Shown one piece after another: positions 14,105 through 28,179 of a stretch of 64,000 nt of DNA. The position numbers were made by a program, and so were the translations under genes. Where the stretch lies: the NCBI RefSeq assembly GCF_009914755.1, contig NC_060926.1; one strand, 5' to 3'. The notes under the pieces were generated by a model. That model ran no database searches. It was not told the origin of the DNA and saw only the letters and a list, made by a program, of their open reading frames with translations. Numbering within the stretch: the stretch's first letter is position 1; each line of letters opens with the position of its first letter. The stretch is from the human T2T-CHM13v2.0 reference genome, Homo sapiens.

Positions 14105-14352
14105 GAGTATTGCATAATGGCAGAAGCAGAGACTCTGGAAACAGACTGTCCTGAGGGGTTTGAATCCCAGATACATTTATATCTTAGCTGTGGGACCACG
14201 GGCAAGTTATTTAAACTTCTAACGCTTCCACTTCCCTGTCTATAAAATGAGACTAGTAATAGTACCTATCTTACAGTTTTGAGTATTTCATGAATTAATA
14301 CAAGTAAGTTCTTGGGACAAATATCAGACAGAAAGCACTCATTAAATGTTGA
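14105..14352 (+). mobile_element. MIR SINE, near full length
   Basis: GACTCTGG..AGACTG..GGTTTGAATCCCAG..TAGCTGTG.GACC..GGGCAAGTTATTTAA..TAAAATGAG..TAATAGTACCTA. Confidence 0.9.
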
Positions 14353-16479
14353 ATACAAAGAAAAAAAATCCATTGTGTTTGCACCTATTTTGGATATCTA
14401 TACTCTTGAATTGTACAGGAAAGAGAAAAGTGTAAAATGTGTGTGTGTTTCTCTAAAATACAGGTACTGTGGAAATTGTCACAGTTATAAATAGAAACTC
14501 CTTTCTGAAGATAATAAAAGTAACACAAATATTTCTTAATAGTTTTTAATACTGTAGTAAGAGAAATCTATATGCCAAAATGTGTGAGACTCTCAGAGTA
14601 GAGATAAGAACAAATGAACCAGCAAACACATAATGCAGTATGACCCATGTCTATTGCAACTTTGTCTAGTAGACATATAATGCCAGCCACACCCGTAACA
14701 TTTTCTTAAAGTTTATGCCACAAGCTCATAGTGGCTTTAATTTCTTTGCAGGTGGAAAATGGGTATGAATACATACATTGTTATGGAAAAGTACCAAAGA
14801 TACCCAATGTAAGTTAAAATGTGTTGTTTACTAATCATTGTTTTACAAGAAGTAAGGACAAGAAGCGTTTACCTCCAAAAGCTGCCTGACCACCATAATG
14901 CAGTTTCTTAGCACATCAACTCTCTCACTTCTGTTTAAACGTACTTCAACCTAAGAATATGCCTTTAATTCAGGTGATGGCTGGGACCAGGGGAAAACAT
15001 GGAGTCCTAAGTCAGCAAACTGCAAAAGGCAATTTGTAAGGTGTGGTGGTAACATACATGTGAAGGCATTCACAATGTTTATTCAGTAAAACATTACAGT
15101 TCTTTTTTTTTTTTTTTTTTTTGGCTAAGACTGTCACATTTTCTCTAATGTGTTTTTCACAGCATGAGGTTCTGTCTGTTGTGGCAACTAGGACTGAGGC
15201 TGGGGGCACTGAGGGAAGGGCACACGGATGGCCAGGTATACTGGAGCCCATAGATTCTGGGGTTTTGTGTCCTGCATCTCCATATAATTCTTCTAGGCAT
15301 CTTGGTGGCCTTCTCTTTGTCCTCTGTGGATGCCAGAGGAAAGTAAAAGCATAGATAGGGGCTCTTTTCTAGGTTTTTAAGTTTACCTTATAAATAGTAT
15401 TATTATAAATCCCTCACTTCAATGATCCCCTTTATGGAATTTTAAGCAATAGTTTGTTTTATACACACAAACTTAATTCACGATGTTTAAATATTTAAAT
15501 ATTCAAATATTTAAAACTGTATTTATTAAACTGAATTCCTATGTAGGAACTTCAATTAAATTTTTAAGTAATTCAAATAAAATCTTCCTGATGAATAGCT
15601 GTATAACTTTAACAAGTTAAATTTGTAAATGGAGAAGAGCTTAAGTTCTTTTAAAAACTTCAGCACTGCACATAAACTTAATGAGATTCCAACATAAAAT
15701 CCTGAGTTTAAGTATTCAACTACTTACTTCTCATCAGATTTATTCTAAGGAGATAACTTGTTTTACTGTTTATAATTACACAAAATATCAAGTATATACA
15801 GATTATTTCTTAATTTAAAAATATTAATAGTATGGTTTTGAGTTTTTTTTAAGTTTTTTATGTTAAATTCAAATACTCTAAAAGTTGATAGATGCTTGAC
15901 ATAAAAAAAGGAATTAACATTGCAGTTAATGGAGGTAATTAAATACTGCTATTTGGACTAAGATGTTGAGGAAATTCTTACCCATGACCTTGATGAGATA
16001 CACTGACCTCTATTTATAATTTCTATATCAGAGGTTCCATAACTCACTAAAGAAGTGACATCTTTGCCCACTTCGCTGGGTTCTAGTTAAACACATTACC
16101 TCATTCTTCTGTCCACTCACAGAATTCTGGAGTGCTTGTCCTGTGTGATCATTTGATTCAATTTGGCATTGTAATTCCTAATTTAGGCAAGTAAATATTC
16201 CTTTTAACTTTAAGTAATTTTAAATTTAAATAATTTTCAAATGGATTGTCCCATTTTTTGTATCCTTGGGAATATATGATTGATATGGATATTTGAATAC
16301 TTCATTAAATTTTAATTTAATAGCTTTGTCTTGCTAGTGATCACAATTTATGAGGTTTTTCTAATGATATGTCCCCTTCATTCCTCTTACAGATTTACTT
16401 GACATTCTTTAATTTCTATGTTGTTCGTTGGAATAACAAATGAGTTAAAAATATCAATATGATGGTGTAACAAGATTCA

Positions 16480-17130
16480 ATGAGTATGTTTTATTTTCTG
16501 TAGAATAAGATTAGCTTTTCTATTTTGTGTAATATTATAAACTTATGGCTTTTCATACATTTGATGTTTTTCCATCAACCCTAATTAATCTTCTCCTCTT
16601 GGTGCTTATACTATAACAATTTTGGCTAGTGGGGATCCTTGCAAGGTTGGTAGTTGTGCCCATTTGATATGGCCCCAATAATCTTTGAAAAATATCTTGT
16701 TCTAATGAGCAGGCTCATTTTGTCCCTGCTCCAGATTTGAGATTGGTAATTTCTTCAGATTAATCCCAGGTTTCAGTAGGGGGAAAAAAGGCACCAGAGA
16801 TAATAATCTAATGATGTGACTAGGCTCTAAGATAAATCATGGTAAAACATTACTTTTGGGCTATATCACCGAACCAAGCTAAGAAAATAGATGTGTATTG
16901 ATGTTTACTCTTTAGTTCTAACAACAGAGTATTTCTACACTTTTAATTCTAAACAATTATATCTATTTCCCTTTAAATGAAAATATCAGTCATTTTGGAA
17001 AGTAAACAAAAGTGCTTATTTATCTTTAACAAAAATTTCAAAATAATAATACCAGAATAATGTAAATAGCAATACTGCTGAGTGAAGTTTAGGGTTTTCT
17101 ATGCAGTCCTTTCCATCCTTAAAATATCCC
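16480..17130 (-). mobile_element. Old L1 (L1MC/L1ME-like) 3' UTR fragment
   Basis: GGCTAGTGGGGATCC..AAGGTTGG..TTTGATATGGCCCCA..CAGGCTCATTTTG.CCCTGC.CCAGA blocks resemble L1MC4/5 3' UTR. Confidence 0.55.
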
Positions 17131-17137
17131 TGTTAGA

Positions 17138-17355
17138 CAATGGTGCACCAAGGTAAAAGAGGGAGTGGGAGCCATCTGCCCAGTAGCAGTAGTATCTTAT
17201 CACTAACATTGCTAGACCTGCTGGCGCACAGTGATAATAAAAAGCAGACCAAATCTTAGGTCTTTTTATTGTTGTTTCTAAATTCTTTCAGGCTGTACAG
17301 CTTTATTGCCTAAACCCAAGTTCTCTAACTCCCAAAGCCCCTCTCTATGCCCCTG
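17138..17355. mobile_element. hAT-Tip100 element (MER97-like)
   Basis: CAATGGTGCACCAAGG..GTGGGAGC terminus and TTATCACTAACATTG..GTGATAATAAAAAGCAGACC internal block. Confidence 0.5.
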
Positions 17356-19485
17356 TACATGACTACTACCAAGTATGTACAGTTGAATTTCTTTATTCTA
17401 GAGTCACTCATACATTCTCATTCAGTTTTACCTAGTAAGAGCTTCCCTAGTAGCTGCTGCAGCAGTTTCTGCTCATTTTCAATTTAAAGCCATTTGTACA
17501 GCTGACAGTTTGGAGTTCTTAGAAGGTGACTGCTTTAAGCTGCTAGTCTTTTCTTGGTGGCAGAGCTCACCTCACGGAAGCTGGTAAAGTCCCACTCCCA
17601 TTCCACCTGGAGAATATAGGAAAACTTGAGCAGCTCTGTATCCAAAGTTTGGTACATTGAGTTTTATTTTACCACCATCTGGTTAATCTACAAAGAGATA
17701 ATGTATATTTATAAGTGCAAGATTTATATATTTCAGTTCTGGCTAGCATACAAAAGAAGAAAATCTGCTTCCTACTATTTAATTTCTAGTGATATTAGAA
17801 ACGTTATATTATCATGTATTCAAATACATAGCAACTTTTCTAAATCCTGTTTTGATATTAAAGATTTTAAATTTATCTTGCTCCCTTTTCAAAACCACAA
17901 ACTCTTTTCTTTTTTACACTATGCAACATTCCCTTATTGACACAATATTCATGCTATGTATTTTTATAGCAAAGTTTGCAGAAGAAAGATCCAAATGATT
18001 TCATAGAGTTAGATTAGCAGAGAACTAAGTGTAAATAAAGGCTCTTGAGTTTTTAACCAAAATATCCTTTTTTGACTTTTATTATGAGCAGATATATAAA
18101 ATTTTAAAATTGTAATTTAAAACTTACACACAATACATAAAATTATGTAAATATATGTAAATGTTACCTATATGTATGTTTATATATGTCCATAAATATT
18201 ATATATATATTTCTTAATTTTAATCAAAGATAGCCCTAGAAGAAAACTCAGTTTTTTTCAGTGGCTTTAACCTAATGCTTCTTAAATTCATACTTCTAAA
18301 ATCTAATCTAAAAAACTGTAATCTATTAAGATAAACTGTAAATGAAAAAATAGAAGAGGCATCACTGAAATTTTATAGAAATCATATAAATTAGTGGCTT
18401 CTGCTAGAACCCATTCATTAAAAAATCATTTTTTCTACTTGTCCACACTGTAATTGCATGTGAGTCTCTATTTTACAAAATATTAATATAAAACTTTAGA
18501 CATTTAGTTTTTAAATAGAAATCCAATTTCTTTGTGGAATCAAAATATGCCCTGCTCAACAGTCCCACTTCTTCTTTTTGTAATAATTACATTAAACTTT
18601 ACAGAGAAAAAATACATGAAACAATGTTATTTAAATTTAGGGGAAACCACTGATGTTTGCAGTTTTAGTGTACAGTCTATTTTAATCAATTCATGATATT
18701 TAAAAGGCACAAATGATTTATTAACCAAGAAGAGAGGGAGAGTTGATCTGATTTCCAACTTTGTAGAATCAGTTTTGCTTATGATAAAATTTTAAAGCTG
18801 CCACCTTTATCTTTATTTCTGCCTTAGTCTCCTATTTATTCCTTAGCCTAGGGACTATTCTTCTCAGCCCAAAGTAAATTTTTTTTTTGACTTTAAGTCT
18901 ATTAAGGTCATGTGAAAGAATTATTGATTTAAATATAGTTTTTAGCCACATACATATATATTCACAATGTCATCCTTTTTTCGTGGCTAAAACCACATTA
19001 ACACCTACTAGCAAATAATCAAACACAAGCTCTTTACTTTTCATAATGTTACTAATTGAAACTTCATGGTTTCAATTGAATATTTTCTTAAGGTTTTATT
19101 CAGTCATTCTTAAGACCCTGAAATCTCAAGATACCATTTTTTAATTCAATAAATTTACAATGTTTATATCAAACTTAGCACTCTAAGCTCTTTTTTGGAG
19201 ACAGTTACTTTTTGTAATATATATTTGAATTTCAATATCTATGCAAGCCTTCTTCTGGAAGAGCATGCTCAAATATAAGCAATGCTTCCACTCTTGTCTT
19301 TTTGTAATCCAGGCGTAGTCTAAGAAAAGAATTACTGTAATTTAATTTATTTCTAATGACTCAGAACTTAAGGTTCAGCTGGAGGAGATGTACATCTCAA
19401 TCCCAATAGACATCCTCTGGGGAGGTTTTCTCAGTCCATTATCTGTAGGCTATGCCCCATCAAAGGTCAAAACCTGGGTTGATGA

Positions 19486-19857
<372 letters not shown>

Positions 19858-19914
19858 GGTTTCTGTTGGTATGCAGGCTTTTCTATAGGAATCTAAAAAG
19901 ATCACTCCTGTGTT

Positions 19915-20043
19915 TTCCTTTCCTTTCCCTCCCTCCCTCCTTCCCTGCCTGCCTCCATCCCTCCCTCCCTCCCTCCCTCCCTCCCTCCCTCCCTTCCTTC
20001 CTTCCTTCCTTCCCTTCTTCCCCTTCTTTCTCTTCTTTTCCCC
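19915..20043. repeat. (CCCT)n/(CCTT)n polypyrimidine simple repeat
   Basis: Directly visible. Confidence 0.95.
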
Positions 20044-21159
20044 TTAAGTCCTTGAAGCAGCTTGCAACCTCAGCTGATCTCTGATGGAAGCAATTAAGGA
20101 TATGCCTTTTGTAAGTCTCAGCTTCCAACAGACACAGCCACTTCAGGATTGAGTTTTCCAACTTTTGTCTTTGATGTTTGATAGAACTAACAGCCACGAA
20201 AGCCAATTTTGGGCATCCCTGGTGTTTTAGTTCCAAACTTTAGAGCTCTAAAACTACAAAGGCCCAAAATGATTTAAGCAGGTACTATGTTTCTCATCTA
20301 AACCCTGAAATGAGAAGAGCCCATATGTTGTATGGTGAAGTGGATGGTGAAGGCATGACAGAGGACAGGTGGCAGAAAAGCCACAGGGGAGCCCATAAAA
20401 GCAAATAATGATAAAGGTAGAAAGTGAGAGAGTTTCCTCTGAAGATGTTGGCCCAAACCAAAGTCAAGGACTTTGTTATTTTGGTACGTCAGGGAAAGGG
20501 CCATATGTGAATTACAGAGCAGGACCTCCAAGAATAGTAAATGGCGAGTCCAGACAATTTCATTTACAGGGCTTCTGACTGAATATTACCCATGCTAGGA
20601 GTATCTTCCTTTTTACCTTTAGAATCTATTCAAATTTGGCAAATGGCAGAGACCCAAACTAAGGACAATGTGAGGTGGTGGGGACATGGAGAGAACTGGA
20701 ACTAGTAGCCTGCCCAGGTCTCCAGTAAGAAGGCAACACAATTTTGTGTTTAGGAAAAGTGGCTCCAGAGATTTTGCATGACTAGGCCCTACTCTAGTCA
20801 TCCAGCAATCCACCTCCAGCAACCCCCAAGATCGAGAGGCAGTGCTACAGTCAGTGGTGAACTGCAGAGACAAATATCTCTAGGTGACAATGTTTAGGGA
20901 GGTATGTGAATGGCAGCAGGTGAAGGGCATGGACAGACATAAAAAAATAAAAAATAAAAAATAAACCATGGGACTCCATAATATGCCAAGTGGAAACCAA
21001 AGAAAGTGACTGGACTTCTACAAATTTGGCATGGGGGGCCTAAAAGTTGTACAACTATGACTTTTTATTGACCACGCCAGTTGGTAAAGTTTGTGATATT
21101 GTATGCAACATGGAACATTTTGGTAACTTGACTTTTTTGCTGAATGAACTAAACTTTAT

Positions 21160-21400
21160 GTAAATATTTACCATCATTTACAAGTATTTTATGAAATGAT
21201 TTTTGGCTGCAGTGTTGTATTCTATCATATGGATATACAACATAATCCATTTAACTAATCTTCCAGATTTGGAACTTTAAGATTGTTTCTATTTTTTTTA
21301 TATTTTAAATAGTGCCTCCATGAACACATTTGTAGATATATATTTGTAGATATGATTTTGTGTAAATCCCCAATAATTTACCTACTGGAATTTTATAGTT
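21160..21400 (-). mobile_element. L1M (L1ME-like) fragment
   Basis: GGCTGCA..GTATTCTATCATATGGATATAC..CATAAT..ATTTAAC..TTTAAGATTGTTTC..ATGAACA. Confidence 0.6.
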
Positions 21401-22184
21401 TTTTTTTTTCATTTTTGCAAGTTTCTGTAGGTCACAAGTAATAATTTTAATGTTTATTTTTCTTTTTCTATTTTCTGTATTTTAAAAACACCTCTTTGTA
21501 ATGAGTAGTTTATTTTTTAAACCATACAAAGGAAAAGAGAGAAAAAAAATTTACTGACTCATACTTAGCTGCATTGTTCCATTCATATTATATCTATAAC
21601 ACTAATATCTATTTTCACATCAGCATTTGACACTGATAATTTCAACAGCCAACACAAAGAAAAGTTTTCTCTGAAGACCACTCCCTCATTTCTCCTTATC
21701 AAATAATGTCACTTTGAAATAGATGAGTATCAAATTGAAATCACAACTATTCAAATAAAATTAACAAAGAGAATTTTGAGTCATCTCTTTTTCATGGTGA
21801 AAATGTCCAGATATTTCAATACATTTACATTCCTATTCACCTCTACAGAGACAGACTTATTTACTACATGAATTGGTAGTCATATCACAATATGAATTTA
21901 ACTTTTCTACAAAAGAAAACCACTTTTTTTCTAAAGCATTTTGGAAGTAAATTAAGTATTAAAATTCATGCCCAGATTTTTTTATAAAGCTGTCAAATTC
22001 TCCTTACCTTAAAAGTAAACTATGTAAGACAAGAAAAATAAAAGCTGGACAAAGAAATACCCCTCCAAGAATTCTGAATCGAAAGAACAACACGCAGCTC
22101 CTCTACATGGCTGCAAATTGCCTGGTTGATTGTGAGAGTAACAACAGCTACCACAGAAAGAGGTACCATGGACTGGCCACTTAA

Positions 22185-22330
22185 TTGTTGTGAAGGAGAT
22201 TACTGCCATTACTTTATAGATTAAAAAAAACTGAGGTTTAGAAATCTTTAGAACTTTGCCCAATATCACATAGCAAATAAGTCACTAAGGTCTGTTGAAC
22301 TTTAGAATGTGTGTACATCCAACCGTACCC
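22185..22330 (-). mobile_element. MIR fragment
   Basis: TTTATAGAT..AAACTGAGGTTTAGA..AACTTTGCCCAATATCACATAGC. Confidence 0.7.
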
Positions 22331-24717
22331 CATTGCTTTCTAACACAAAATTGGCATGAATTCAGAACTGTTGACTTGCCACAGTAGATCTGCCTTGAGA
22401 CCTCCATTATGGCCCAAGCTCTCCCTTGTGAAAGACCCAGAGAAGTCTGGGGAAGTAAGTGTGATAATTTATACACAATTCATATAGTCCCAAGATAGTG
22501 ATGAAATTAATTAATTAGAAACTATTAAAAATGTATACATGTGATATTCCTACAATTTTCTTCCTGAGTAGAAAACTAAAATAACTCAGGAAGACATTTG
22601 GGGAGAAAAATTGGTCAAGCGGCACTCTCCTCCCCCACCCACACATGTTCTCTTGGTTCTTTGCTCCCTGGCCTCAGTTTCCCAGATTCTGCCTCCTTTG
22701 TCAGGCCAGCAGTCATTCTGTGCCCCACACAGCTTCACTGGGTGAGGAAGGGACGATGAAGAGGCTTTCCTGTAGGTTTAGTCTGTGAAAGAATCTATGA
22801 AATACAATGAGAACTTTTGTGATTCATCTTATGCTACCTTATCTCCTATGCTTTAGTATGTTACAAGAATTTCTCTTTTTCAGCCTTGAATTACACTACA
22901 AAAGGAAAAGTTCCCTTCTGTAACTTAAACTGAGCCTTGATTTAGGGTGGAGGTAGTGGCCTAGTGGGGTAGGAGAGAGATACGGGAAGAAAGTTTATGA
23001 AGGTTTGGGAGTTGGGGACTGCTTCACACTAACTGGTTCAAAGTCACACACCCAGCAAATGCTGCTTAGACAATGACAAGGAATTATTAGGGTGAGAATA
23101 TTCACTTTTCTTAAACTGGTCAGCAGGTTGACTATAGGCTTCCAGCCTCACGCTCATTTGAAAACAGGATTATTTCTTTAAGAAAGAAAGAATTAAGGAG
23201 GGGTGAATATGCCAACCCAAAGCCTTGGGGAGCCACTGTTTTTTATTTCCTCTCCTCTGGTCATTCTTCTCTAGATAAGTCTACAGCGGTTTTTAAACAC
23301 CCAGTTCAAATCAGCACATCTTTATAATTTATATTTATTATTCTAATAATTAGCTAAAAACAAGCCAATCAAGCCCTGTATACCTCTGATATTGTGCCAG
23401 GGTTGTTACTCTAAAGATAACTAAGATGTGACTCTTGTCCTAGAAGATGGAAATGTCTAAAAAAGGAGAGAAAAAAGCAAACAGAAATATTAGTAATACT
23501 TTTAACATACAAATTAATGTGCTTTTATCTTTCAAACATTCTGATAGATAACCTTCCCCATATTCAGTAGGAAGAGTTCATTCCTTTGAGCAGCTTTCAG
23601 TTTTTGTGACAAAGAGAAGCAGTCAATGTTCAGCTTTTGGCCCCCAAAATAGACTACTGAAGTCCAAGCCAGAAAGTCAAAGCTTTCATCTGCAGGATTT
23701 AGACTTTTGTAGAGCAGAATATGTTGAGAATCAAAAGGCAAAGTCATGAAGAAATAGGAATTAAGAGATATCCATTAAGAAGATGCCAGAAACCAACCTT
23801 ACCCAGGGAGAGGAGGGAATTTGAAAGGGTGAGGAGAGAGGTCCTTGAGGTATTAAGTACCTGTGATGACGTGTGGGGAGAAGCAGTGTGCAGCAGGGGC
23901 TTCCCAGTGTCTCTAAACCAACACCATCCTTTGCTAATACTAGGGACAGCCTGGGAGGTGAGTCGCCACTGACCCACCTCCAGTATCATTCAACACACTG
24001 TGGGACATGCTTAAGCTGTGATGGCAACTCAGCTAGTTGCCAGACGAACAGGACCTGTTCAAAATGCTTATGGGTTGTCCTTCATAGCTGATACCCATCT
24101 GTGTCCTAAAATGCAGCCCTTTTGAATCATTCTACATGGTCCACCTCTCTTTTAAAGGCCCAGGTACTGTCAGTTCTCTGACAGTGAGAGTGGCAAAGCC
24201 CCACAGCAGGACCCTGGCCCTGTGGCTCCATTGCAAGCTGGGAGAGTGCTGTACAACACAGCCCCTCAGTGAACCTTCTTTCCTTCATTCATAGTCAGAG
24301 CATGTTTGTGGCTGGACACATGGTGGCTCAATGCAAGGTTGCACTCCTGAGCTTGGCACCAGCCCTCTGCTCTGTTCCTCTCCTGCCATTTTGCAAGTAC
24401 CAGGTATTTCATGACTTCATGGCTTCATAGTTTCTATCTTGCTATCATTGTACAACAATATACACATGGCCAGGCATCTTTTCCAAAGAATCCAATTTTT
24501 CCCTTAGAAATCCATTTTGATTAACTCTTCCCCCAGAAAGTGGTCCAGCCCCACCCTTCTCCTAGATGAATCTGCTTGGCAAGATCCTGTTCATTCAACT
24601 GTACACAGGTGTAGGACTGGGGGTGGAAATATGAGCTGTTTATTAAAATGAAATGTGATGTATCAAATTAAAGATTTATCATATTACTGAATTATTAAAG
24701 TTAGTAAACATGACTAT

Positions 24718-24771
24718 ATTACTTAAATGATATACCAGATTACTTAATTGATATACCAAATTACTTAACTG
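24718..24771. repeat. 21-bp tandem repeat x2.6
   Basis: Unit ATTACTTAA(A/T)TGATATACCA(G/A). Confidence 0.85.
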
Positions 24772-25358
24772 GATCGTACACATGCCTAATTCTATCAAAT
24801 TTGCTAAACACTTTACGTTACTGAAGAGCCCTGTCTCATGCAAATAAATTATGCCAGGAACTGAATTTATAAAGCAAATGCTACTAATAATGTAATCCGA
24901 ACCACATTACAAATGTGACAGATCTGACATTAGCTGACAGATACGAATTGACTTAATTATTAATCATAATAAATCGAGGCAAGATTTAAATATGTGATCT
25001 AATGTGACTTTCCTATCAATAAAAAACTGTGATATTGCTGCCCTCAAAAGAGATAAATTTCTATTGCTAAGGACAGTGTAGTAACTACTTCATAATGAAG
25101 CTTACCTGTCATCAGACAGCAGTAGTGTCCTTAAACATGCAATGGCTCATTTACATAGCTAAGCGGTTTGGTCACACACTTAGCACTGGACTATTCATTT
25201 TAAGAATACAGAAAATATTCATAGAGAGCACAGAGAAAGTGAGAAGACCTCTTTAACTGTCTAAAAACAATATTACATGTAAGTGTGTATGTGTGTGTGT
25301 GCATGTGTGTGTGTGTACATACTCTATCATGTAATACAGAGTATAAATGCTGTATCTC

Positions 25359-25681
25359 CAAGGGACCATAAGTTGGTGGTCTTGCAGTCAAATTCAGCCT
25401 GCAGACATGAAGACATATTTTGTTTGGCCCATAGTGTTTTAAACATAGGGACATTTCAGGCAAAATATCTGGATTCTTAAATTTCGTTTTGGAAAATCAG
25501 TGGGCATTCTCCTACTGCAACAGTTGGTTGGAGCTGAGTAGGAGCTATCCCAGTTAGGTACAATACACACACTGCTTTGCCATGATCTCCCCTCCACACT
25601 ACTCTATTCTGGCCTTCTTCGCTTATTTGTGTAACCTACCTAGCCCCTGGCTCCTGTATGTATTTGAGTTTTTCACCTCTG
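25359..25681. mobile_element. MER102 (hAT-Charlie) DNA transposon
   Basis: CAGCCTGCAGAC..TTTTGTTTGGCCC..AGTGTTTTAAA, TGGAGCTGAGTAG..GCT, ACCTACCTAGCCCCTG..ATTTGAGTTT..ACCTCTG. Confidence 0.8.
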
Positions 25682-25739
25682 TTCTAGACATTCAAAGCGG
25701 GCTCATTCAATATGGTATAAAGGAATGAAGGGAAATGAA

Positions 25740-26200
25740 GACTAGATAATTCAAAGAATGTTTCATGCTTAAAGGGATCTAATTTGGGAATTTAAAGGTG
25801 AATTTAACTGGACTTAGGCTAGTCAAAAGGGGGAAAATATGTTCTTAGTAAGGAAAACTGGGATGAGTGAAGGCATCAAGGCATGAGTGATCATGGTACG
25901 TGGAATTCAAAGATTTGAGCAGATAAATAAGACTAATATTCTTTATGAAAACAATCTAAAGTGTTTGCATTTAGTCTAAGTTGGTCAGATGTGAGTTTAC
26001 ATTAAAAGAATTTTAGGAGGGAAGTAACACAATTAAAGTGGTATTTTAGGTAATTCCAGGTAAATGGATGTATTGGCAGTTACTGGACTCGGAGGGACTG
26101 GTAGGTGGGTGCAATGATCAGGTGTGAAATAAGGAGGAAGTCCTAGCTGGAGGTTTGTAGCAATAAGAAGGGGAGAGAAGGCTACAGATGAGACCTTGAA
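25740..26200 (-). mobile_element. Degenerate L2 fragment
   Basis: Purine-rich blocks resembling reverse L2 (GTGAAGGCA..AAGGCATGAG, TTTTAGGAGGGAAGTAACACAATT, GCAATGATCAGGTGTGA). Confidence 0.45.
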
Positions 26201-28179
26201 GAACACTTTTCAGTATCATATGTTCTTCAGTACATGGTTATCCTGACATTAAAATATTAGATGCATTTATTTCAAAAATTAGTTAATATTAGACTATCTT
26301 GAAATATCTATTTTTTATTTTTTGCATTTTATTAATCTTCATTTAATTAAAGCTATTTCTGAGACCAGTTATTTCTCTGCTGAGGACTCCAAGCCTTTGA
26401 CTTTTTATCATATCCCTTCCACCAGCATCAAAAATTATCCGTCATGTGTTTGACGGATTTTAGTAACTCATTTATATTGTTATAGACAATGATTTTTAAA
26501 ATGTAATTCTTCTTTAAAGAACAATGAACGTTAAGGTAGGACTTGGAAAAAATAAAATCTAATCTTTTGACTTGATAAAATATTCACTAGTCAAAATAGT
26601 CCGATTCATATTTTGAGTTATAAAAGACTTTAGTGATTAATCTAATCCCCTTATGTCCTAGCCTATTGGTCAGAAAACAGGTCCAGTTGATACAAGTGAC
26701 AGAATGAACTAATAAAATTGGCTACCTGTGAACAATGCAAAAGCATCTTCATCCCAAGCCCAGGAATTTGGATAAATTATCTCATGCTTCATAGTTACTA
26801 GAAGACAGAGAAAAATCCATATCCAGAGTTATGGTACAGGACATATTAATGAGACATCAAAGGATTTGTTTGGTGCCAAGATCATCAAGTTTTTCTTAGG
26901 GCTAGATGTCTCTAACATATTGCTATTTCAAATTTGCTGGTATAAAGTGTTAATTTCAGGTATACTAAATTTTATTTTTCTTCACCGAGATTGCATTACT
27001 GGAGTCCTGAAGCAGAGAGTTTAATAAGCCTATGCCTCTAAGCAAGTGTCAGGTTAAGCAGTGGTCCTGATTCAAGGTCTGGTTCAAGGACCTGCTCCAT
27101 CTGTTGCCTGGCTCAGATGTGTCTAGATAAGGAATAGATTTCACCTTCATTAAGATTTATAGGTATTTTAATCCACATATTAATTAAAATGCCTTCTACC
27201 TGAGTTGAAATATTACAGTATCAACACATTATCTAATAAAACAATTTATACACAAAGAAGATTTTATTCTCTCATTTCAGAAGATCCGCCTCTAAATTTT
27301 AATGACATGACTGGATGTTGGCCAGTATGACTCTCACTCCACAGATATCATAAATCCAGATCCCTTAAAGATGATTTCACTAGATGTTGATGGTATCTAT
27401 GCTAACAAGCTCTAGCTAAAACAAAGTACCAGTCCAGGATGATTCTTCATTAAAACAAAAAACAAATGTGCATGTAATTTATAACAATATATTCATGGGT
27501 GTAGACTAATATGTATATATGATGAACAAATTACAATTTAAATTATGACAAATTCTATTTGATTTCGTCTGTTAGGATAAATTCTAAATTTAACATTGAT
27601 GGTAGTTTCTCAATCAGAGGAGAAAACATGCATAGTGTAAATAATCCACATAACCTACATTTTAGACATTTGTTTAAATATTTGTATATTATATAATTAC
27701 AACATGACATTATACATTATATGCATTATTTGTACATTATATAATTACAACATGAAAAATGTTAACTATTAGAAGAAACTTCCAGAAAAATGTATGAATT
27801 ACATTTGAGAGTCTTTCTAAAATTATCCTCAAATTAGGCTGTCCATCACATTTTAAAAACTGATGCTCACTTTAAGAAACTGAGGGTTAAATATCATGCA
27901 CGCCTTACATTAAAAAATCATATAGTAAGGCATAACCTTTGTTTACTAGACAGGTCAGTGTGAAGGCATTGAATGCTCAGAAAGGCCTTTTCAAAATGGC
28001 AGTTTTCTTACCATAAAAATTAAAATTAAAATTCCTATTGGAACAAGAGCGCACTACCTCAGAAAGCATTCTGATGGCATTCCTTCCCTTATTGTTTTGT
28101 GAATTTCAATTTCTCAAGATATTAATAGCTTTAGTTTTTTTCTTATACTAGTGCTTTTTTTTCCTTAAACTAGCTCTAT

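Noticed and set aside
22001-22010. Strong minus-strand donor AAG|GTAAGG
   Set aside because: No matching acceptor or exon body could be supported; isolated donor motifs are common.
23532-23989. Overlapping ORFs with protein-like composition
   Set aside because: No recognisable homology, no convincing flanking splice sites, and lengths within chance expectation.
27681-27755. 27-bp direct repeat pair separated by a spacer (CRISPR-like appearance)
   Set aside because: Only two copies in AT-rich primate DNA; a simple local duplication with no array or cas genes.
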